Assembly: GCF_006345805.1 (NCBI RefSeq)
Contig: NC_042998.1
Location: 197,346,001-197,410,000 of the forward strand
Direction: 5' to 3'
Source: Octopus sinensis
Taxonomy: Eukaryota
DNA: 64,000 nt
The notes beneath the pieces are model-generated. The model was not told where the DNA came from and searched no databases. It worked only from the letters and a program-made list of their open reading frames with translations. The position numbers and the translations under genes were made by a program. Within the stretch, counting starts at the first letter, position 1; the number at the start of each line of letters is the position of its first letter. Shown piece after piece: positions 25,115-38,907 of this stretch.

Positions 25115-25323
25115 AATAGCACCTGTGCCAGTGACACATAAAAAAGCACCCAGGCGCAGGAGTGGCTATGTGGTAAGTAGCTTGCTAACCAACCACATGG
25201 TTCCGGGTTCAGTCCCACTGCGTGGCATCTTGGGCAAGTGTCTTCTGCTATAGCCCCGGGCCGACCAATGCCTTGTGAGTGGATTTGGCAGACGGAAACT
25301 GAAAGAAGCCTGTCGTATATATG

Positions 25324-25383
<60 letters not shown>

Positions 25384-25715
25384 TTGTCCCCCTAGCATTG
25401 CTTGACAACTGATGCTGGTGTGTTTACGTCCCCGTCACTTAGCAGTTCGGCAAAAGAGACCGATAAAATAAGTACTGGGCTTACAAAGAATAAGTCCCGG
25501 GGTCGATTTGCTCGACTAAAGGTGGTGCTCCAGCATGGCCGCAGTCAAACGACTGAAACAAGTAAAAGAGTAAAGAGTACACTTCGTGGAGTGGTTGGCA
25601 TTAGGAAGGGCATCCAGCCATAGAAACCAAGCCGAAACAGATTGGCACCTGGTGACCCTCCAGTCAATCTGCCTTACCCATGTTAACATTTAAAAGACGC
25701 TAAATGAAGATGATG
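25115..25715 (+). mobile_element. Older family C copy split by SINE A
   Basis: Halves at 25115-25151 and 25578-25715. Confidence 0.7.
25152..25577 (+). mobile_element. SINE A inserted into a family C copy
   Basis: Flanks read gcaccca|..|tacac, i.e. the C consensus gcacccactacac. Confidence 0.88.
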
Positions 25716-26599
25716 TAAGAGAGAGAGGTATCATTAGCCTTATCTGTAGCATGGCTCACACTGGTTTACACTAAAAACAAAATCTCCCCCCTCTAAACAG
25801 CTTGATCTGGTTTCATCCCCCCCCCCCCGAGTCCTAATATTCTGATGTCTGCACTAATTCCCCTCCCACAGCCACCACTGCATCTCTCTTGGTCTATCAC
25901 CCTACTTTCTACGAGTACTTTCTACTGACATCACAACAAATCTATTAACTAAGTATATAAAAATCCGGTCACAATACGAGTCAATAACAAAGCACTCTTT
26001 TTCACTTTTTTCAAACTGTTCCTATTAAATAGTTTCTATTTTATATTTACTCTAAACATAATCCTCTCCTCCAGTTACCGCCAATTCTGGCATTCTTTGT
26101 TACACACACTTCAGTGCCCCATACAATAAGCACACACAAAGAAACTTATTTCTAACAGAAGTAGAAGGCATTAAAATGCTTCCTATCCCAACTCAAGCTT
26201 TATTATTATTATTATTATTATTATTATATCATCTAGATAACAGCTGTTATCTATTGCTCCCAGCTGCCCTCCCAGTAGCTTTCATTTTAAGTTATCTTAA
26301 TAAAGTGGATGCCATTATATTTAATGAAGCAAGATAAGAAATTCTAATTAATACAGTTATGCTATTAATGATGGGAGCAATCATTATCTAAATGACCAAC
26401 TTTAGTTAAAAAAAAAAAAAAGACAATTTAAATAATGAAAATTATATAAAAAATATAGTAAATCTGTCTTCAGTACTATGGTGTTTCTTTGTTTACTACA
26501 CCAAATATGTTAAAAGCCACTTTACTATCAAGTTTTTATGCTATAGGTGTATCCAGGTATTTTCCCTGTGATTTTTTAAAGATTTTTATTTATTTATGA

Positions 26600-27003
26600 C
26601 TAGCAGTATCACCCGGCGTTGTTCGAGTTTGTAAGGGAAATAACTATATAAGCATTTTTAGAGATGTAAAGTATAATAGCCATCTCAATATGGCTAACCA
26701 CAAAGGGGGGGGGGTGTTACTGTAGATTTTTACTTTCTGAGATTTAATAATACATTTTTAGAGAGTTACTTCCCTTATATGATAGCAAAAAAATGCATTA
26801 AAATGAAAGAAAAATGATGGTAAATTTTTTTTTTAAATCGTAGACTCATCGTAGACGTGCACTAATACCCAGAAGGGCTCGATATGAATCACGACTATAA
26901 GATACCCGGTTTTGGTTAAACTGCACCGCAAAATGTGGGAGTAGTTAGGAATCTAAATCGTAGGAGACAGACAGACACACAACTTCTCTTTTATATATAA
27001 AGA
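26600..27003 (-). mobile_element. Non-autonomous Helitron
   Basis: A|TC 5' end, hairpin plus CTAG|T 3' end; same subfamily as 38908-39302. Confidence 0.78.
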
Positions 27004-27447
27004 TTATCATTGTTCGTTACTTCAGATCCTCGGTCGGCCAACTATTAACAATGATATGGTGTACTGGTCACTGTGTTATTGCCACAAGCAGCAGTGGCAT
27101 AGCTGAAGTGTATGCCGCCCCGGGGCAGTTTTGAGCAACCCCTTCCCTTGCAGCAATACAACCTATACAGACTTATACAGCAAACCCAAAAGTGCAGCCT
27201 CCATTAAAAAACATCACCTGGGGTTGTCCCCAACCCAACCACCTCGATACGACTAACCAGAAAAATAACACAGCAGATAATAGCGATAGAAAGAGAGTAT
27301 GTCAGCAAACAGTAGAACAGTGAATACAGCTGCTCTCTTTTACTAGGTCAATGTGTTTTATAAAAAATATGTTCAATAGCAAAAGACATTGATTTTCATA
27401 GGAATGAATGAACTAGAAATGAGGACGGAGAAACGTGGAAGGATCAA

Positions 27448-27832
27448 CCCTTTTGTTACCAACCTGGCTGAAACCCGCTCTGGCTCTGAGTACAAAGGTC
27501 TCGTTTTCATCATTTTTGAATTAAAATTTTCCTCCAAACCTTAGTCAAAATTTATGTTCCTAACACTAGCTGAATGATAACTAAGTTATTTTACTAAATT
27601 CTTTGTTACATTTAACCCTTTTGTTACCAACCCAGCTGAAACCAGCTCTGACTCAGAGTACAAATGTTTTGTTTTCATAAGTTTTGAATTAAAATCCTTA
27701 GTCACAAACCTTAGTCACAATTTATGTTCCTAACACCAGCTTCATAACTAAGTTATTTTACTAAATTCTTTGTTATATTTAAAGTAATTGAAAGAAACAG
27801 AGCATCTCAAAATAAATACAGTAACGAAAGGG
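27448..27832. mobile_element. MITE E partial copy plus full copy joined at the internal TTAA
   Basis: The second TIR starts at 27616, right after the internal atttaa of the first copy. Confidence 0.85.
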
Positions 27833-29109
27833 TTAAGGTGAACATTTCCCACTGTTTCCCTTATATTCAGAAAGTAGAAACTGTATATATAGTTCCAACT
27901 TAAAAGCAAAACCAGGCGCATACTGTGTATACCTCCTCAGCAATGCCCTAATCACTATGCCCAGTATGCCAACTCTATGGAATTCTCCCTCGGCACATTT
28001 GCCTATAATCAACTTGCGACTGCTTAGCGGGAAAATTAACTGCGTCAATCTCATCAGCTTCAAGGGTTTGTGAAGGTCATGAGTACATCCCTTTGTTGAG
28101 ACCAATCCAATAAAAATATTTTAAAAAATGTTTTGACAAGTGGGTAGAGAAAAAGATATTCTTTCGAAAAGCCACCAGCCTATCACAGTTATTATTTCCA
28201 GGTACATATAGACATGATTGGCAGATTCAGTCATCATCGCCTGTTCACAGATACACTTTGCCACTACAACAGTCTTTGTTTCTCTGAATAACTCAGCTGT
28301 ATACTCCCCTCCCCAATCATCATATTGATTGTGTCTCGCCTCAGAGACATCACAAAAAACACTCTCTTGGTCCTTCTTTCTCAGAATTATCATCATTATT
28401 TAACATCTACCTTCCATGTTGGCATGGGTGGGATACCTTACAGAAATTTCATTTTTTTTTTAAACAGATCTCACTAATCTGTAATGTCCTAAAAAGGTCT
28501 TGTCCGTCTTCAAAGAAGGTGATTTTTGAACATTCCGCAGAATGAAGAACTAAAGCAGTCAAAATTGGCAGATAAACTCAGGTGTGTTGGTAGCCGTCCA
28601 CGACTGAAAGGGTGCTCCATAGCATCACTTCAAATAGGTCACACTTTGGATGCTTATTGGCCAACCATTGCCATGCTTATAGAATCAGTATGTCTTGACC
28701 TGTCTCTACCTGCTGTGTATACCACAGTTCACAGACAGCGTTACAAGAAACTGCAAATGCTATCATCACTTGGATTTTTCTTTTTTTTGCAAACAACTCA
28801 ATACAATATTGTCAATAAGCCCATCGTTATCAAATGATTGGAGCTGGTGGAGGTGCAATACAGTTAGATGATAAGCTAAGTGATGAACTAGAATGAGCCA
28901 AGTCAGTTTGGCATTCTGTGAAACAGCAATCATGCCATAATCCAGATGAAGGGCCAGTTATACCAGGTATTTATCTAACTTATACATATTGGCAGGACTG
29001 ATGACATACCTCAAACATGCTTAAGGAAACTGCATATGTTCATGAGACTCGTGAAGAGCATGGACAAAGGCTTTCCTAGCATGAAAGAGATATAGATGTA
29101 AAGAAACCA

Positions 29110-29493
29110 CTTTCATTTTTTTGTTTCAGTCATTTGACTGTGGCCATGCTGGAGCACTGCCTTTAGTTGAGCAAATCAACCTCAGGATGTATTCTTTGTA
29201 AGCCTAGTATGTATTCCATCGGTCTCTTTTGCTGAACCGCTAAGTTATGGGGATGTGAACACACCAGCATCAGTTGTCAAGTGATGTTGGGAGGATACAG
29301 ACACACACATACATACATACAAATATATATATACGACAGGTTTTTTTTTCAGTTTCTGTCTACCAAATCCACTCACAAGGCTTTGGTCGGCCCGAGGCTA
29401 TAGAAGACATTTGCCCAAGTTGTCACGCAGTGGGACTGAACCCAGAACCATGTGGTTGGTAAGCAAGCTACTTACCCCCACAGCCACTCCTGC
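29110..29493 (-). mobile_element. SINE A, older diverged subfamily
   Basis: Collinear with the family but with many CpG-decay changes. Confidence 0.8.
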
Positions 29494-29529
29494 AACCACT
29501 GTGAACTCGTTTTTTTAAAAAAAAAAAAA

Positions 29530-29700
29530 TGAGAGTAAACTTGGTTCCCGAGACAAATATTCTATTTAGAGCTGGTGGGTGGTACAAGAAGTCGGAGAAG
29601 ACCTTCAATGAGACTCAAGGATGTGGTTAAATGCAATGTGAAAAGACAGGAGATGGATAGCTACAGCTGAGCCACAACAACTCAAGTCAGAGTAGATCAA
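29530..29700 (+). mobile_element. Old RTE-like LINE C-terminal relic
   Basis: Frameshifted translation with PETNILF and RRRPSMRLKDVVKCNVKR, like the RTE motif GRPKLRFKDVVKRNLK. Confidence 0.4.
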
Positions 29701-30465
29701 TCCATTCCCAATTGACTTTGGAATACTTCGAATGGATGGCCATTGTCAACTATCAACAGGCCATCTGTGATGGTGACATATACAAGCTTTAGAACAGTTT
29801 CTATAATCAAATTTCAATCACAGGGAAACTAATTAAGTAAACTTCTATACTTGTCAGAGAAACCAAGAGAAATGCCATAATTTTCGTGGCTTCTTTTACA
29901 CCACTGCATGACAGATGCATATTTGTGAGTGATATGTAGGCGTGTTATGTAGGTGTATGTGAGACATCTAAGTGTGCTGTAAGTAACTTCCATCCTGTCA
30001 TTAAACTTTCACACTGCTTCTTTTATCACAAAAACGAGGTAGATTAATAACTGCTAATCTCGCTAACTATTATTTATCGTTAATAAACTCTCGTTTCCAC
30101 AAAGCTTTTAGGAGAATGGTTGTTATGACATTCATGGCCTTTCTAAAGAGTTTACTCATGTAATCCTTGGTCGTATGCCAAGACTAAAATTCAATGTGTA
30201 CACGCAGCTCACTGAGAGCTTACAGCACTTAGTACTTGACACAAGAAAATGTGGGTGGATATGATTAAGGAGAAATGATGAATAATAACAGAGGTGGACA
30301 ATGATAAGTGAGATGGATGACAATAGAAAGTGGCCTAGGAAAGAATGAGTGATAACTGACATATATATATAATGTCAAGAATATATTTATAAAGATAAGT
30401 TAATCCAATTTAATGGAGCCTTTAGTGGTTATATACAGAAGTCAATTACGACTATATATATATAT

Positions 30466-30858
30466 GGCGTAGGAGTGGCTGTGTGGTAAGTAGCTTGCTT
30501 ACCAACCACATGGTTGCGGGTTCAGTCCCACTGCATGGCATCTTGGGCAAGTGTCTTCTGCTATAGCCCCGGGCCGACCAATGCCTTGTGAGTGGATTTG
30601 GTAGACGGAAACTGAAAGAAGCCCGTCGTATATATGTATATATATATATATGTGTGTGTGTGTTTATCCCCCTAGCATTGCTTGACAACCGATGCTGGTG
30701 TGTTTACGTCCCCATCACTTAGTGGTTTGGCAAAAGAGACCGATAGAATAAGTACTGGGCTTACAAAGAATAAGTCCTGGGGTCGATTTGCTCGACTAAA
30801 GGCGGTGCTCCAGCATGGCCGCAGTCAAATGACTGAAACAAGTAAAAGAGAGTAAGAG
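30466..30858 (+). mobile_element. SINE A
   Basis: Full-length match to the family. Confidence 0.9.
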
Positions 30859-30859
30859 T

Positions 30860-30890
<31 letters not shown>

Positions 30891-30891
<1 letters not shown>

Positions 30892-31108
30892 AGGCGAGCT
30901 GGCAGAAACGTTAGTGCCGGGTGAGATGCTTAGTGGTATTTTGTCTGTTGTTACGTCCTGAGTTCAAATCCCGCTGAGGTCGACTTTGTCTTTCATCCTT
31001 TCGGGGTCGATAAATAAAGTACCAGTTTCGCACTGGGGTCGATGTAGCCGACTTTATCTCTTTGTCTGTCCTCTCTGTGTTTAGCCCCTTGCGGGTAGTA
31101 AAGAAATA
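30891..31108 (+). mobile_element. SINE B monomer
   Basis: Full-length match to the family. Confidence 0.85.
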
Positions 31109-31113
31109 TATAT

Positions 31114-31147
<34 letters not shown>

Positions 31148-31544
31148 GTATGAGTGAAGAAAGTTAGAGATGGTTAATCACTTGACCATAAAATCTAAAA
31201 AGCAAAAAAATACCAAAAACACTAGTCCAACAAATCCCATATTGTCTGTACTGAGATAGTATGAAAAATACAATTGTTTATGATTATCCACTTTATATAA
31301 TTATACTTAATTTACATCTACAGTGTTGGGGAAAGCTATAAGTTCTCTCACACTCAAAAAAAAAAAAACAATGTGTCAGAAATACATACACACACACAGA
31401 GATAAGTGATAGATATTATATAACATTGTCTGTACAGTTATTGTAAGATGTGGCATAAACTGAAAATCTATGTTAACTGAATGAGTGCTCAACATCACAA
31501 TCACAAGCCAATGGTAACCAGCTTGAAATAGCAACCAAATCGCT

Positions 31545-32035
31545 GAAGATCATGCTTGCGAAGACCAGTTGAGGAAAGTGAAATCGAAGTTGAAATCAGA
31601 GTTGGTGACTGGCCTCCGTTGCTAGTGGAGCGCTAAGAGTACCATGAGTGAGATCGTTGCCAAAGCAACAAGCTGGCCTCCGTGCCGATGGCACGTAAAA
31701 AACACCGTTTGAGAGTGATCATTACTGCGTCGCCATACTAGCGTGAAACATTTGAGCGAGGTCGTCTCCAGTGCCGCTGGACTGGCTCCTGTGTAGGTGG
31801 CACATAAAAAGCACCATTTGGATGTGGCCGCTGCCAGTACCTCCAAACTAGTCCTCGTGCCGGTGGCACATAAAAAGCACCCACTACACTCAGAGTGGTT
31901 GGCGTTAGGAAGGGCATCCAGCTGTAGAAACTCTGCCAGATCAAACTGCAGTCTGTTTCACCAGTCCTCAGTCAAATCGTCCAACCCATGCTAGCATGGA
32001 AAGCAGACATTAAGTGATGGTGATGATGATGATGA
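31545..32035 (+). mobile_element. Family C copy
   Basis: Upstream gcttgcgaagacc..gaaatc block, modules and tail. Confidence 0.82.
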
Positions 32036-33496
32036 TATCATTCTCATGTAACTGCATAAAAAAGAGTTGGCACTCTAGATCCTGTAGTCCTTGATAGACT
32101 GTGCTTATAGAGAAGCCAGAATGGTGACAGTTGGCACACTTTTGATTATAGAACTGCTGGCTCCAATAACAGGGCAGGCTAGCGCCATTAGATGTACATC
32201 TGATCACAGTTGTCCTAGTATTAACCTACATTCAATGGTTAACCCACAATTAAACCTAGTACTCTTAACAGCCAGCTCGGTACAATGTAATTACATCACT
32301 AGCTCCCCCACCCCAGTGAAACAATTGCTTCCATACCAGTAGAATTACCTCATCAGCAAACTACAGGCCGACACCATCACCACTGTTACCACAAATATCA
32401 GCAACAACATCTCTACCACCACCACCACCACCACCACCAATACCACCGTCACCATTCAATGGAATGTTTCCAGAATGGAATCCCAGCAGTCAGAGAAATC
32501 AAGAGAAATTCCATAATTTTCATGGTTTCTCCTACGTCACTGGATGACATCCGTGCGTGTGTTTGTATATGCATGAGAATTACAGTGTGTTATAGTGTTT
32601 GTGTGTGTGAGTGTATGAGGTATCTGCGTGTGCTGCAGTACATGTGTTTGTATGCGTGTATCTGATAACCACATATGCTATAAGTAGTGTGTGTGTGTGT
32701 GTGTGTGTTTGTGTTGTTTTTATCCCTGGAAACAACCAAATTCCAGGAATAACAGTCACTCTCCCCTCCGCCAACATCATTAACAACTGAAGCTGTGTCA
32801 CGCTACACTGGAGACCCCCCCCCCCGAGATAAAAGGGGAGAGGGAGGCAGGCACTGGAATGAACATTGTTGAGGCTGTAGTCTGGAATTCACATCACACA
32901 CACACTGGATCGATGCTGCAGATGCCAATATTGGATCAGTTATGTACACAGTAAATCATTGTCATACACACACACACAAGCAAAATCAGTTTCACATGCA
33001 CGTTGGATCAATTGTTTCAGACACACAATTCATTTCATAAAAACAAGTCTCTGCTGTAAAATTCTTTCATTTCAACAAACACAAATATCTAAGTCTCTAT
33101 ATTGACTCTCACACGGATAGAAGCAGACACACATGCACAACAGCAGATCAAGCAGTATACGTGTGTGTGTGTGCATCTATACTCCCCCAGAACAACTGAT
33201 ACAAGAGTATGGGGGGAAACATCAATAAATGTATTCCATAGCTGACTGAATGTATTACCATTATTGAAATAAGACTGAGCACAGGGGAAAGGAAGGACCG
33301 ACAGAATATATTTGCATATTCAGTTGTCTTAGAGAGCAAAATCAAAGCGTCAGTGAAAATACCTTGTGGTATTCATACACACATCTGCTCTATATAGAGA
33401 GTTATTATAATAGATGGTACACCTAGCTTCTCTATATACAGATACATGGTACATCTAAATTCCATGTAGTGTTACCCTAGTTAACCACTGATATAA

Positions 33497-33903
33497 TCTT
33501 TTACTCTTTTACTTGTTTCAGTCATTTGACTGCGGCCATGCTGGAGCACTGCCTTTAGTCGAGCAAATCGACCCCGGGACTTTGTAAGCCCAGTACTTAT
33601 TCTATCGGTCTCTTTTGCCGAACCGCTAAGTGACGGGGACGTGAACACACCAGCATCGGTTGTCAAGCAATGCTAGAGGGACAAACACAGACACACAAAC
33701 ATATACACACACACACTTATATATATATATACATATATACGACAGGCTTCTTTCAGTTTCCTTCTACCAAATCCACTCACAAGGCATTGGTCGGCCCGGG
33801 GCTATAGCAGAAGACACTTGCCCAAGGTGCCACGCAGTGGGACTGAACCCGGAACCATGTGGTTGGTTAGCAAGCTACTTACCACACAGCCACTCCTGCA
33901 CCT
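33497..33903 (-). mobile_element. SINE A
   Basis: Full-length match to the family. Confidence 0.9.
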
Positions 33904-35247
33904 ATGTCCAACCATTCCATAATTCTGTTATTCTGTGTTAACTAACGACATGAATAATATTCTATAGTAATATCAGAGGTTGATTCAGAGCTTGAGTTAT
34001 CAGTTTATGCCAAAGAAAGAAATATTGGTAAGATAATTTCTGCAGAAACATGACTAGAATGTATTGTAGATGTCTACAACAGCTAATTTGACCCAATGTG
34101 GTCGCTTGACTTGCTAGAAATAACAGTCGAATATCTACTATCTTAAAAGGAGTGAAGAAAAAATTGGATAATGTATTCCTAGAAATGTTTCATCTAAAAA
34201 AAAAAAAAATGTTTGCAGCCCTTTTGATTATAGGTTTATCTGATCAGGGCTGACATAGGGGTTAATAATAACACTAGTTATTTATTGATATTTTCATCTT
34301 ATTCATTTAGGAATACTCAGTCATTAGTAATATTTCCTGTACTTTGAAAAAAAAATTGATACATCAAAGGGGGGGGGGATCTATTTTGATGACTAGGATG
34401 ACTAAGAAATCTATTTAATAAAATGGATTTTCTGCAACAAATTTTGACATATTATTATTAGTTAAATTAGGAAAGATCAAGGAATGTTAATCAATGTAAA
34501 TTTAAAAGAATTGGATTCGAAGAAAGAAGGTTATTGGTGTGCTATAATAAATGGGAATACTGGGAATACTAAAGGGTATATTTTAGTCAAGTAAATGTCT
34601 GGGATTTGAGAGAGTGCAATTTGTAAATTCTAAAACTATTAGTGAAAAATGAATTTGGTTAATAACTTTGTTTTCAGGTTCTGTCCCACGTTGAGGCATT
34701 GAGTAAGTGTTGTCAAGTATAAGCTCTCTACACAACAGATGCCTTGTGAGTGACATAGCTGCTGGATGGAAATTGTATAGCAGCCCATCATGCCTTGTGT
34801 GTTTACATTCCATGTTGCCACATGACACTGCTTGAGCAAAATAGGGACGTCATGTTACTAGTCAGTGTAAACAATACATTCTGTGTCTCTGAAAAAACCA
34901 GTGGAATAAAAAAAAACAAAAACAATCCATTGTTGAATGAACCAAATTCTATGTTTATGCATCAAGAATTGCCTGAGCCTATAACAAAATGATTCAATGC
35001 ATATTAAAGTACGTTCCACCTTGTAGCGAATGGGTGTCTCCTGTTGTAGGTGTATAAAAAAAACAGATAGACATCTACACGTTTTTAGTAATAAGTGTTG
35101 ATCAAAATTTGTTTAGATTTTTATCTGACCCCTAATATTAAATATGCTTTGCATTCATTAGCTTGGATGAAGTATCTTTTGCAAAATTTGATTGCAATGG
35201 AATACTTTACAAATCTTAAATAAATAATAATTTCAAAGATAGGAGTG

Positions 35248-35402
35248 GCAGGAGTGGCTGTGTGGTAAGTAGCTTGCTAACCAACCACATGGTTCTGGGT
35301 TCAGTCCCACTGCGTGGCATCTTGGGCAAGTGTCTTCTGCTATAGCCCCGGCCAACCAATGCCTTGTGAGTGGATTTGGTAGACGGAACTGAAAGAAGCC
35401 TG

Positions 35403-35466
<64 letters not shown>

Positions 35467-35678
35467 GTGTGTGTGTGTGTGTGTATGTGTTTGTGTATCT
35501 GTGTTTGTCCCCCTAGCATTGCTTGACAACCAATGCTGGTGTGTTTACGTCCCCGTCACTTAGCAGTTCGGCAAAAGAGACTGCTAGAATAAGTCCCGGG
35601 GTCGATTTGCTCGACTAAAAGGCGGTGCTCCAGCATGGCCGCAGTCAAAATGACTGAAACAAGTAAAAGAGTAAAGAG
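35248..35678 (+). mobile_element. SINE A
   Basis: Full-length; the 5' aggagtggc is duplicated. Confidence 0.9.
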
Positions 35679-38159
35679 TATATCCCTACCATTAGCATCC
35701 CAATTATTTTGAGAAGAAGGATACAAATGCCTCAGAGCATAAAGGCTGCCATCTTCAAAGTGTAGTAGGAAAGACGAGATGGCATAGCATAAAAATACAT
35801 ATTCTACTACGATGACGCATTTGGATGCAATTATCAAAGAATTGAACCTGAACGGTATGATTCTATTGGATTGCTGGAAAGATGAAGGCATTACTATTAA
35901 TTCAGAGAAATGTAACAAGATATGTTGGGGGATATTCCATTTCAAAGAATGGCGTCTTTCTAAATCAACTTTTAGTCCTGAAAATATTTAAGATCAGTGA
36001 ACTTTTACAGTTTGTATTTGTCAAAGTATTCAGAAATAGTAGAACAAAATGTGAATCTGGTTAAGCAAATAATGTCCAGTACAAGATATTTGAAATATAA
36101 TTCCAAGACTCTTGTCAATATATTTTGATGTCAACAAAAATCTCACTAACAATTTAATGTTAGTAAGCATTCTGTGGAAGGAATTTTATTGATGTATAAT
36201 CACTTAGTGCTATATTTATGGAGGAGATTAACTGTTATTAAGTCTAATTATTTAAACATCGGGAGGGAGATTTAAAAAAACTGTTTGCAGTGCAAACCAA
36301 ACCTGTTGTTATTTGGTAGAAAATTCCTTAAAAATCTATTTTTGATCCTCACAAAATGTGTTATCCAATTCATAGAATTTGGTTTTGAAAAATGTCAAAG
36401 GAAACACCATTTTTCACTTTCACGTACTCTCTTGGCTACATTTCAGACAACCGCATGGGGAAAATTTTATACATTGGATAGGAACTCATGTGTAACATCT
36501 TGAAAGCCTAGCTTCAGAGACACCCTGGAATCCAGTAGTAAGGAAAATCACATCCAAAATAAAGAAAAATGTGTGAGATCATATAATGATCCCCCAAAGC
36601 TGAGGGTCATAATAAGCAGATCAAAAACAGATTAACTTTGGAAAATAGTATTCTTTGCAACTGCAATCTTATTGTTCCACTTGAGATATCCAAGAGATAA
36701 TTAAAATTGTTCATGTGGAATTACTGCTCTGTGCGATCATGAAATATAGTGACTTTATGCAATTTTAAACCTACAAAACAAGTTCTAAATTTGCAGAACT
36801 AAAAATAAAATTCTAAAAAACAAAAGCTTCAAAAGAACAGGTTTCATTTGTGGCCTAAGAACTTAAATTCTTAAACTCATGGATACATGGACCATCACCA
36901 TGTTAATGCTATTAGATTGCTTATTGCAATAGGAGGGACAAAAGTTTATTCATGTTTCTCACAGGAAAAGCTCAACTATAAAATAGGTGTTACATGTAGA
37001 TTTCTCTGGGAAACATATGCCGAAGGGTTTGGTGTAGGACAACACAAATTTCATGATAATTTCTGTTCTTGGCTACAGAAAATTGGTCTGCATTCCAAAC
37101 AACACCTCTCATATTATCAGTAATCAAATGGAATGACTGGTTCAAACGAAATACAGCAAAAACATTTTTTCCCCAGGAAGCAAAATGCGAGTCATTCTGG
37201 CCCTAATTATTATCCAATTATTATACCACTCCACATGCTAAGTCTTGTGGGTTGTTAAAATCCGTACACACTTCACTATGTCCTATTCCATAGATAAACG
37301 GATGTAGTTTAATGAAATAATGGCCCAACACCAGAAAGTGAAAACATTTTGAGGCAAACAAAATCAACACTGCTGTCATAATAAGGAACAAGATTAGAAA
37401 TTTGGCTCACAAAGACAAATTCACACCTATGAATTACTTAAACAGCTGAGGATGATGGTGACTCTCCTGGCTTAAGAAATACTGGGCTAATAGTGTCATT
37501 GGGCAAAGGGCTGAACCAGTAGTGGAAGGAAGGGTCCTTAAAGGAAGTGCTCAATCTAGTGAAATATGAAGAGATGGGTACAATACTGTGTTATAGTAAG
37601 AATGCAAAAATAGTTAAAAATTAGCTCTTCATACTTATTCATATAAAGAATTGACGTATGAACATTAATAAATTCACAGTAATCAAAAGCTTAATTAATA
37701 ACATTGTTAAACTTCAATACATTATAAATTGCAGTGAATCCAAGTGGGATTGGTTTGCAAGTAAAAACATAAAACAAGTAACATATTTAGTGTAAGGCAG
37801 AAAACCATAAATTTCACACACAGTTCACACTTTGTGCTCAATAGCTGTTTCATTAAGATAAACACCACCAAATGTATAATTAAGAACTATTTACCCAAAT
37901 CATCAGGAATGTTATGTTTATCAGAAAAACATTACTGATTAACAAACATAACACAACATCCTGGAATATTTAGGTAAACAAAGTTTTCAAATTAATCTAA
38001 ACATATATTATAATTATGTAATTATACACTTGGTGATACTTGTTATTGAAACAGCTGTTGAACACATGAAGTGTATGTGAGATTCATGCTAAATACTTTG
38101 ATATTATATATAGTGCGCACACACACACACACACATCTGCACATACACATACATATATA

Positions 38160-38710
38160 CTTTTCTACTCTGGGCACAAGGCACGAAATTTTGGGGGAGG
38201 CGACCAGTCGATTAGACCGACCCCAGTACGTAACTGGTACTTAATTTATCGACCCCGAAAGGACGAAAAGTATAAAGACAGACGAAATATCGCTAAGCAT
38301 TTCACCAGGCATGCTAATGTTTCTTATTTCTTTATTGCCCACAAGGGGCCAAACAAGGACAAACGGATTAAGTCGATTACATCAACCCCAGTGCGTAACT
38401 GGTACTTAATTTATCGACCCCCGAAAGGATGAAAGGCAAAGTCGACCTCGGTGGAATTTGAACTCAGAACGTGCAGATAGACGAAATACCTATTTCTTTA
38501 TTACCCACAAGGGGCTAAACACAGAGGGGACAAACAAACAGAGTAAGTCGATTACATCGAGCCCAGTGCGTAACTGGCACTTAATTTATCGACCCCGAAA
38601 GGATGAAAGGCAAAGTCGACCTCGATGGAATTTGAACTCAGGACGTAACGGCAGACGAAATACCGCCAAGCATTTCGCCTGGCGCGCTAACGTTTCTGCC
38701 AGCTCGCCGC
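38160..38710 (-). mobile_element. SINE B composite of about three tandem units
   Basis: Head at 38710; repeated core and tail blocks with a junction near 38487. Confidence 0.8.
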
Positions 38711-38907
38711 CGTACACACATACAAATATTACACAAACGGTGGTGTTCCAGCATGACCACAACTGCATGGGTGAAACGCGTAAAAGAAATATACACATAT
38801 ACAAATATATGCGCGCACCGGGTCCAGTCTTCGCTAGTAGTACCCAAATATATACTTATAAATATACACAAATTTTAATATGTACACACACATACACATT
38901 ATATAAA

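Noticed and set aside
27833-28105. 90-aa minus-strand ORF
   Set aside because: No splice or homology support; the plus strand faintly resembles a decayed CR1/Jockey C-terminus (PTLWNSP..INL).
32320-32555. Frame ending ..EKFHNFHGFSYVTG*, resembling the AGC-kinase hydrophobic motif
   Set aside because: It follows a (CCA)n microsatellite and no kinase-domain exons were found; probably chance.
34639-34839. ORF containing VATWNV, like an APE-endonuclease or 5-phosphatase N-terminus
   Set aside because: No downstream QE/GDFN motifs; too short a match.
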